Shown: piece after piece, positions 57,716 to 64,000 of the stretch
How positions within the stretch are numbered: position 1 is the stretch's first letter
How the letters are laid out: every line of letters starts with the position of its first letter
Sequence record: MW584166.1
Source of the DNA: Mycobacterium phage prophi88-1
DNA length: 64,000 nucleotides
Reading direction: 5' to 3' (one strand)
Made by a program: the position numbers and the translations under genes
The notes under the pieces: generated by a model
The model's input: only the letters and a program-made list of their open reading frames with translations
What the model was told of the DNA's origin: nothing
The model's database searches: none

Positions 57716-58878
57716 ACGGCTCTGACGGGAAGTGGATCGGCTACGGGGAGGGTGATGAATCCGACGCGGTGATACCGATCGAACGCCGGCTGTTGCTCGC
57801 CTATCCGAAGAACAGCCGCGCTATCGAACACGGCGTCATCTTGGACCGCAAGTACACCGCGGCCACCAAGGCTTCGGTCATCGACATCACCACGTTCATG
57901 AACAACGACCCCGGCGAATTGGAGCGTCTGCAGCGCATGGGGATCGCCACCCCACTGCGTAGTGATGGCGTGGCGAACCTCGACGTGCGCAAGGCCATTG
58001 GCGCCTACGTCGAAGCCCCCACCAACCCGGCGCCGTCCCTGTACCCGATCCAGGGCGTGTGGGCTGATTCGCGGGCGTTCCTGAATCCGCCGACAGCGCA
58101 CAGCTTCGCCAAGGCCACCAACGATTTCCGCGACGAAGCGATGCGCCTCTACCGGCCGATGGCGGGCACACCCATCTGGCTTATCGGCTACAGCATGGGC
58201 GGGGTATCGGTGCAGAAGTTCCTGACCGCGCTCCCGCCCGAATGGCGCGAATACGTCGTCGGTGTAACCACATTCGGCGACCCGGCGATACCCGCCGAAG
58301 GCAGCCTCAATGGAAATGATCCGGGGGAGGGGATCTCCAAAACTCCTCAGCCCTCCTGGGTGTGGGATCGCTACTGGTCCTATTCGATCGACGGCGACTG
58401 GTACCCGCGTGCCCGCGGCCTGCTGTTCCTGTTGTACGAGCTGCTGACTCGCGCAGAGCTGACCTTGGATTTCGCCAGCTATCTGTTCACCGTGTTCCCG
58501 CGACAGGCGTTCCAGCAGCTACTCGGGACCGCGCCGAGCGACGACCCACTGTATGGAGTGTTGAAGGGCCTGGCCGGACTAATGACGTCGGGGCCTGCGA
58601 ATGTGTTTGGCGCGCTGCTCAATCCGCTGCAACTGTTCGCGATCCTGCCCGACCTGGTGCGCCTGCTATTCGATGCCATCAAGTTCATCGCCACCGGCGC
58701 ACACGGCAAGTACGGGGACCCGGCCTATGCGCTGTGGGATGGCATGACAGCGGTCGACCACGCAGTGAAGACCATCCGACAGCAAGCGCCGGATGGCTGC
58801 ACACTGTTCCTGCTGCCGGGTACATGGGACGTATGGAACCACGGATTCCAGTTCGATGTTGCGGCTCAGCTCCAGTAG
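57712..58878 (+). CDS. lysB: lysin B (mycolylarabinogalactan esterase, alpha/beta-hydrolase)
   Basis: GYSMGG is a GxSxG nucleophile elbow. Position after lysA. Confidence 0.8.
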   Translation: MNGSDGKWIGYGEGDESDAVIPIERRLLLAYPKNSRAIEHGVILDRKYTAATKASVIDITTFMNNDPGELERLQRMGIATPLRSDGVANLDVRKAIGAYVEAPTNPAPSLYPIQGVWADSRAFLNPPTAHSFAKATNDFRDEAMRLYRPMAGTPIWLIGYSMGGVSVQKFLTALPPEWREYVVGVTTFGDPAIPAEGSLNGNDPGEGISKTPQPSWVWDRYWSYSIDGDWYPRARGLLFLLYELLTRAELTLDFASYLFTVFPRQAFQQLLGTAPSDDPLYGVLKGLAGLMTSGPANVFGALLNPLQLFAILPDLVRLLFDAIKFIATGAHGKYGDPAYALWDGMTAVDHAVKTIRQQAPDGCTLFLLPGTWDVWNHGFQFDVAAQLQ

Positions 58879-58885
58879 TGCCACG

Positions 58886-58903
58886 GCTCCGCACGAGCGG
58901 AGC
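58886..58903. terminator. Hairpin GCTCCGC-ACGA-GCGGAGC between the convergent lysB and leftward operon
   Basis: Perfect 7-bp stem, read directly from the sequence. Confidence 0.5.
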
Positions 58904-58968
58904 AGGCAGGGCCTTCGCTCGCTGTCAGCCCGACCGCCGAATCCCCGGATCGTTCCTGCACCGGGCCC

Positions 58969-59127
58969 CCTAGTTCATATGGTGGAGCTTGAACCCGATA
59001 TCCGCGACTGCTTCTGCCAGCTTCTCGATCGCCTCAGCCATATAGCGCTCGTATTCGTTGTTGGCCGCCGTCTTCGCCGAGGCCGCCAATTGTTGGGCGG
59101 TCTTGGCGTTGTTGCGTGAGGTAGCCA
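58969..59127 (-). CDS. small helical protein (52 aa)
   Basis: Strong GAGTAGGAGA Shine-Dalgarno on the minus strand. MATSRNNAKTAQQLAASAKTAANNEYERYMAEAIEKLAEAVADIGFKLHHMN. Confidence 0.4.
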
Positions 59128-59146
59128 TGATTCTCCTACTCGGGGT

Positions 59147-59455
59147 CTAGGGGTAGATGTGGTACTGGGGCTGCCCGAGCGGAGTCGGGGGAAACTCGTT
59201 CGGGTCGATCGGGTAGCAGCGGCCGGTGGACGGTACCCACCCGCTGACCTGACCGTACTGGCCGAACGTCGCCTGCGGCGCCGAGGTGAAGCAGCGATCC
59301 CAGGTGCCGTCCGCCTTGATCGGGCCGTCGCAGTATTGCGCGAACGGCTGCGTTTCACATCCCGCGCTAGCCGGCGCCGCGAGTCCGATTCCGACGCCGG
59401 CAGGGATGGCAACCGCGGCCGTCACCGCAAGGCGGATTCGTCTGGTGATCGACAT
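59147..59455 (-). CDS. secreted Cys-containing protein
   Basis: Signal peptide ending ...AAPASA followed by 4 Cys in the mature part. Confidence 0.5.
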   Translation of the reverse strand: MSITRRIRLAVTAAVAIPAGVGIGLAAPASAGCETQPFAQYCDGPIKADGTWDRCFTSAPQATFGQYGQVSGWVPSTGRCYPIDPNEFPPTPLGQPQYHIYP

Positions 59456-59544
59456 ATTTCGGTTTCCCCCTCGGTATGAAGCTGAGGGGACTTTACAAGA
59501 TCACACCCAGGTCAGAAGTGGTAACGCTGGTGTTCAGGCCGAGC

Positions 59545-59874
59545 TTACGGTGTGTAGGGCAGCCCTTGGGAAGCTCGGCGGCACTTTCGTGCGATGTCCA
59601 ATTGCATCTGCTCCGCGGTGCATGCGAAATCCCAGAGCACGTCTGCAACCAGTCGAATTACGCTGGTCGGGACCGGAGAAGTGCCGGAGAACTTGCCGAC
59701 CAGGGCCGCCAGAGGCCCTGTGACGGGGTCCGACTCGGTGCCGATGCCTAACAGCTCGGTGATCTGGTCCAGTTCTTGAGAGACATCGAGCTGGCTGTTT
59801 TTATGTACAGCTTCTTCCAGGCCGTCGACTTTCTCGGCGGCCTCGCGCAATTCTTCGGGTTTCCATAGCAACAT
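59545..59874 (-). CDS. hypothetical protein
   Basis: 109-aa ORF in the leftward operon. Confidence 0.4.
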   Translation of the reverse strand: MLLWKPEELREAAEKVDGLEEAVHKNSQLDVSQELDQITELLGIGTESDPVTGPLAALVGKFSGTSPVPTSVIRLVADVLWDFACTAEQMQLDIARKCRRASQGLPYTP

Positions 59875-59936
59875 ACGAGGATCGTCTCAGGCCTCTCGCC
59901 GGAGTGGGGCGACACGCCGATGCAGGGTCATGCTGG

Positions 59937-60635
59937 TCACGCGAGGAAGTCGGAGACCTGCCCTCTAATGGCGGAGATTTCGTCGTCGATCCTTGGACGT
60001 GGCCATGCTTGGGAACCACCGAAAGCCCACATGACTGACAGTTCGCGCAGCTTGGCGATTGCGTAGGAGAACTCGGGGAGTTTCAGGGGAGGCGTGTACG
60101 CGTCGGATTTGATCTGTTCGACGACTAATCCGTTCAACCTGTTCGTCATGGCTTGATGGATCACCGGTGGCCCGAGATGTCCGTCGTTTTCTGGTAGCGA
60201 CAGCCACAGCTCGACGTCGGCAGCCCGCGGGTCACCGCTGATCGTGAGAAGACGGTGGGTAGCGGCGATCGTCGCCTCGCATGGACTCCACAGGCCGTAG
60301 TTGCCGATGAACGGGACGTCCTTGGCCACTACCGCGAGACCGTAGAGGACATCCTGCGTTGCAACCAAACTGAGCAACATCGCCGGCTCAAAGAGGAGCT
60401 GCATGCCGACATCCCCGCCGACAGTGCCCTTCTTCATAGCTCGATCCACGATCCCGTGTCCGCGCTTACTCAGAAGCGATGCGGACCCGTCATACAAGTC
60501 GGACAGTCGAGGCTTGATCTCACAGTTGAGTTCGGCGATCTGCGCCGTTGAAAATCGCGTGATGTCTACTGCCCCTTGATGGCCACCAAGCGCGGTGGGG
60601 GCGATCCGGGGCCGTTCTTCTGGCCGTGTTCCCAA
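59937..60635 (-). CDS. hypothetical protein (immunity-position gene 2)
   Basis: 232-aa ORF. Its start may be an internal Met (around 60434), because of the 70-nt overlap with the upstream gene. Confidence 0.4.
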   Translation of the reverse strand: MGTRPEERPRIAPTALGGHQGAVDITRFSTAQIAELNCEIKPRLSDLYDGSASLLSKRGHGIVDRAMKKGTVGGDVGMQLLFEPAMLLSLVATQDVLYGLAVVAKDVPFIGNYGLWSPCEATIAATHRLLTISGDPRAADVELWLSLPENDGHLGPPVIHQAMTNRLNGLVVEQIKSDAYTPPLKLPEFSYAIAKLRELSVMWAFGGSQAWPRPRIDDEISAIRGQVSDFLA

Positions 60636-61189
60636 AGTTGTTGCGTGAATGTCAGATACACATCCACGGAATCGAGGCTCAGATTAGCGGCCTCACGCTT
60701 ACCGCCGTAGAACCCCGGCACGCTCGCCCCGGCGCAGGCGTCGAATGGCAGCTGGCTGATCCCTGTCGTGATCATCCACTCACCAAACAGTTCAGGTAGG
60801 AGAAAGCTCTGAGCAAGCGGAACGCTCAGTGCCCGCTCGAATGAGTGCGCGTCGACCCACGGCGTGACCGAACCGTCGAAGGGGTCGAGGACCACGACAG
60901 TGCGTGAGGTCTGGGCCGGGTCGGGTTCCCCCTCGGGGGTAAGTCGGCTTGTGACGGCGAACTGACGTGCCAGCCAATCAAATGCGAACACCTCGGCGGC
61001 GAGTCCGCGCGTTCCGAACATCGCATCAACCACCTGTTGCGCCGCGGGCGCTGAGGTGGCGTCGTGGAATCGGAACAGACCACTGTTCATCGAACGGCCG
61101 CATAGCCCGCGATCGGCGAACATGCCGCCAATCAAGCCGGGAACCCAAGCGACACTTGGCCGTGTCGGCGGGTCGAATGCGAATTCCAT
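60566..61189 (-). CDS. putative immunity protein (gene immediately downstream of the toxin)
   Basis: 207 aa. Position relative to the polymorphic toxin. Confidence 0.4.
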   Translation of the reverse strand: MEFAFDPPTRPSVAWVPGLIGGMFADRGLCGRSMNSGLFRFHDATSAPAAQQVVDAMFGTRGLAAEVFAFDWLARQFAVTSRLTPEGEPDPAQTSRTVVVLDPFDGSVTPWVDAHSFERALSVPLAQSFLLPELFGEWMITTGISQLPFDACAGASVPGFYGGKREAANLSLDSVDVYLTFTQQLWEHGQKNGPGSPPPRLVAIKGQ

Positions 61190-61236
61190 CGATCTTCCTA
61201 AATGGTCGTTACCGGAGGTCCTGTCGACAGCGTATG

Positions 61237-63054
61237 TCAGGGTTCAGGTGGTCGTACACCACCAAATACCGTGCCTGGCGGGTGCTCGTTCATTCTCGCA
61301 TTGAGCTGCGACCCGAAGCTTGTGTTCACGCTGCCATCGAGTAATCCCATGTTGTCGATCGAGTCGGTTCCGCCCGCTTGCAGGTCACGCGTGTGATCGA
61401 CGTGGACACCGGGTGGAACGCGGTCCATGCCGAGCGTATCCAAAAACAATTGGCGTACGGCGGGATCCCGCGGAACTGGGGGTGTCTGGCTGAAGCCGTT
61501 GTCGCCGACGGCCGCGTTGAACTGCTGCATCTTTTGTTCCATTTGTGTCTGCTGGAACTCGGACCAACCATCCTTCATCTTGATTTCGATATGCGGCAGA
61601 TTGTCGCTGCCGCCGACATTTCCGCCTAAGCCTCCGCCGTGGTCGCCCGCAGGTGCGGGATGGTCCACCGAATGATGGCTTCCGCCGTCTTCGAGCCCAT
61701 GGGTGATGACCCGTCCTTCGGTGCCGGTGAGGTCGCCGAGTAGTCCGCGGGCACCGGCTGCGGCTTCGCCTCCGACCGCTCCGCCGGCAAGGGCTTCGGT
61801 GCCGTGGATGAGGTTTTTGCCGATGAACTCACCGGGGTGGTTGTAGAAGTCTTTGGCTTGTTCAATACCCATTTTGGGTGCGGCCAATGGATCGGACGTC
61901 AGCTCGTGAACCTGTTGGGCTGCGCCCAGGCCGACTTGTTTCCATGCTTCGGCAACACCAGGTGCGCCCGGACCTGCTTGTCCGGTAAGAATTTTGGCTT
62001 GCTCGATTTGGCCGTCAATGGTTTTGGTGGCCTCATCGTTGGCGCGGCCTATGATGTCGTTGAACTGGTCACCGGGGGAGTTATGCAGCGGCACCTGTCC
62101 GGGGGTGCGCATCGGATCAGCGTCGGGGGCAAAACGCGGTGTCTGCGCCCGCTGGACCGCCTCATTGACCCGCTGCTCGATCTGGTTGGCGGGCACACCC
62201 TCGTGTTGCAGGCGCTCGCGGGTCGCCTGGGCGAACGCGGGAACATCGCGGTCGGCCAAGGTGGGGGCGAGCTTGGCTGGTTTGGTCTTGTCGATATCCC
62301 CGACACCAGGCATGGCCCCGATGCTGCCCAGCTGATGCCCGTCCACCGACGCGGTTTTCGGGTACAGCTCTTTGTAGTTGATTGTTTCCGGGCCGCTCGA
62401 GGCCGCGGCTGGGGTGGTGCCCGCCGGGTCGGTGGCCTTGGGGTACTGCTGTTTGTAGTCGATCGTCTCGGCTGCCGGCTGGCCTGGCGTGGCGTCGCGC
62501 AGGATCTTGCGCCCGTCCACCAGAGCGGCTTTCGGGTTGATGCGCGACAACATGTTCTCACGCGCGCTGTCAGCCTGCGTCTTGAGTTCTTGGGTGGCCT
62601 TGTCCCACTTGGCGACATACTCGCGTAGTTCACGCTCTGCGTCGGCCACAATCTGTTTGTTGCGGGCCACCGACTTTTCGCTTTCACCCTCAGCCGGGTG
62701 ATAGGTCATCGTGAAGTCTTGACTGACCGTGACACCCTCACGCAGAGCGTTGGTGACAAGGTTCTGCCCGCTGGTCAACGGCGGCAACACTTCATAGGTG
62801 ATGGTGGCAGTCGCCAGCTTGACGACATCCTCGACGGTGTCGTCCGCGTTATCGGTGCCCTTGCAGTCGTCGGAGGCAGCCTCTTGCGCGGCGGTGGCCG
62901 TCTTGCCGGACCAGTACATTCCGTTCGGGGTGGTGGCCCACCGCTTGTAGTCGTCGTAGTTCGCTTTCAACGCGGCCGTGCGGGGCCGCCAGCTGTCCAC
63001 CACCGCCATATAGGCGTTGGACTTGGCCGCCATGAACTCATCGAGCGTCGTCAC
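61237..63054 (-). CDS. ESX/WXG-type polymorphic toxin (605 aa) with a C-terminal HNH/EndoVII-like nuclease-type domain
   Basis: N-terminal ...NGMYWSGKTATAAQEAA WXG-like motif. Pro/Gly-rich linker. C-terminal VDHTRDLQAGGTDSIDNMGLLDGSVN has D-H...GG...N...N spacing. Confidence 0.6.
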   Translation of the reverse strand: MTTLDEFMAAKSNAYMAVVDSWRPRTAALKANYDDYKRWATTPNGMYWSGKTATAAQEAASDDCKGTDNADDTVEDVVKLATATITYEVLPPLTSGQNLVTNALREGVTVSQDFTMTYHPAEGESEKSVARNKQIVADAERELREYVAKWDKATQELKTQADSARENMLSRINPKAALVDGRKILRDATPGQPAAETIDYKQQYPKATDPAGTTPAAASSGPETINYKELYPKTASVDGHQLGSIGAMPGVGDIDKTKPAKLAPTLADRDVPAFAQATRERLQHEGVPANQIEQRVNEAVQRAQTPRFAPDADPMRTPGQVPLHNSPGDQFNDIIGRANDEATKTIDGQIEQAKILTGQAGPGAPGVAEAWKQVGLGAAQQVHELTSDPLAAPKMGIEQAKDFYNHPGEFIGKNLIHGTEALAGGAVGGEAAAGARGLLGDLTGTEGRVITHGLEDGGSHHSVDHPAPAGDHGGGLGGNVGGSDNLPHIEIKMKDGWSEFQQTQMEQKMQQFNAAVGDNGFSQTPPVPRDPAVRQLFLDTLGMDRVPPGVHVDHTRDLQAGGTDSIDNMGLLDGSVNTSFGSQLNARMNEHPPGTVFGGVRPPEP

Positions 63055-63064
63055 GACTACGCCC

Positions 63065-63379
63065 TCATGCGCGCAGCGGCGGCTGATAGATGCTGGGCAG
63101 CTTGTAGTACCCGGCGTTCAGCTGCTCGGTGGTCAGGAAGCCCTTGTGTGCCTCGTCAAACACATCGCTGATCGTCTCCAGGCGAGCGGCGGCGATGCGC
63201 TCCACATCTGAGATCGCTTTCGATAGTGCCTCTAAAGCCGCCAGGCCAGGATCGGCACCAGCGCTCGCATGATCACCGGCAGGGATACGCCCGCGGATCT
63301 CACCTGCAACGGTGCGCAGGTGCGGGCCGATCTTGCCCATCGCATCAAGGTCAGCCTGGAGGATCTTGTCATCGCTCAC
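63065..63379 (-). CDS. small helical protein upstream of the toxin (secretion partner/adaptor candidate)
   Basis: 104 aa. First gene of the leftward operon. Confidence 0.4.
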   Translation of the reverse strand: MSDDKILQADLDAMGKIGPHLRTVAGEIRGRIPAGDHASAGADPGLAALEALSKAISDVERIAAARLETISDVFDEAHKGFLTTEQLNAGYYKLPSIYQPPLRA

Positions 63380-63473
63380 AGCTACCCCCTCAGCAAAGAC
63401 TCGTTTGAGGTGACACTACACACTTAGTGGTTCGGGTGTGCAGGAAGCTTCTGGCGGCTTGCGGCAATCTGTC

Positions 63474-63857
63474 ATGCCGATCCGGATGGATCGTAAAATC
63501 GAACACGTGTTCGATAGATGGGCGAGCAATCCGCGCTTCCCGACACTTAAGCGGGTCTACCGTCTGGTGTACGTCAACATGCGCCGGGCTTTGCCAGAGA
63601 GCGTGGGTGGCGCCGTCCGGAACCGCAATATCACGGTGCGTGCGGAGGGACTGCGCATCGAGGAATGGATGCGCGGCTACCAGATCGCATGGATGCGGAC
63701 GCACGATTCGCACTGGATTGGGGTGGTGCAGATCGATGCGCTCAGTGACAACGAGATGTCGAGCGTGACGATGACCCTGTGGCTGGCGCCCAGCATGTTT
63801 CAGGTCGAGCGGCCGGACGGCTTCTACGAGAATCCGTACCGGCGACGGTACCGATGA
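63474..63857 (+). CDS. hypothetical protein
   Basis: ORF starting MPIRMDRKIEHVFDRW. Confidence 0.35.
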   Translation: MPIRMDRKIEHVFDRWASNPRFPTLKRVYRLVYVNMRRALPESVGGAVRNRNITVRAEGLRIEEWMRGYQIAWMRTHDSHWIGVVQIDALSDNEMSSVTMTLWLAPSMFQVERPDGFYENPYRRRYR

Positions 63858-63981
63858 GCACCCGAATTGGGGTGTTGGATGATCCAACATTCCGATAGGT
63901 TTCCGCAGGTCGGGCATAGGTCTCAACAGGTCTGTTTTTTCGGCAAGAAACGCTCTGAACTGCGTATATAGGTGGATAACA

Positions 63982-64000
63982 AGGGGTTCGAGTCCCCTTA
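63982..64000 (+). other. tRNA T-arm-like fragment (AGGGG-TTCGAGT-CCCCT) truncated by the window edge. Possible att core / tRNA 3' end.
   Basis: Canonical T-stem/loop read in the sequence. No foldable anticodon arm upstream. Confidence 0.3.

Noticed and set aside
63941-64000. Intact tRNA gene at the window end
   Set aside because: Only the T-arm is recognisable. No anticodon stem can be paired from the upstream sequence, so it is reported only as a partial, att-like fragment.

Overview
This window looks like most of a temperate siphovirus prophage from a high-GC, mycolic-acid Actinobacterium (Mycobacterium-type). The host inference rests on a WhiB gene, a LysA/LysB lysis pair and overall GC content. 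Almost everything is rightward-transcribed and modular. From the left: a CCGGAAT operator cluster with Cro/Xis-like HTH genes (1-0.8 kb). An early block follows: a YqaJ/RecE-like exonuclease and RecT pair, an FtsK-gamma-domain protein, RusA, orphan Dcm and Dam methyltransferases, a PAPS-reductase-like protein, an HNH endonuclease, a DUF4326-like protein and WhiB (3.3-13.6 kb). Next come a small serine recombinase and a lower-GC cell-envelope 'moron' island with two leftward genes (16.7-22.5 kb). Then a ParB-nuclease/methyltransferase fusion, terminase large subunit, a 1.1-kb sparsely coding region, portal, a MuF-like/protease fusion, capsid-module genes, head-tail connectors, an 1864-aa tape measure, minor tail proteins, LysA and LysB (22.5-58.9 kb). 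Finally a leftward ESX-type (WXG-motif) polymorphic toxin-immunity cassette and a tRNA-like T-arm fragment at the window edge (59-64 kb). The most second-look-worthy items are the leftward low-GC membrane protein with a 26-bp palindrome at its 5' end, the lipoprotein/glycine-zipper envelope island, the toxin cassette, the two perfect palindromes, and the terminase-portal insert carrying a small hydrophobic peptide and phased ACATGT repeats. All calls come from reading motifs in the translations; no database search was possible.
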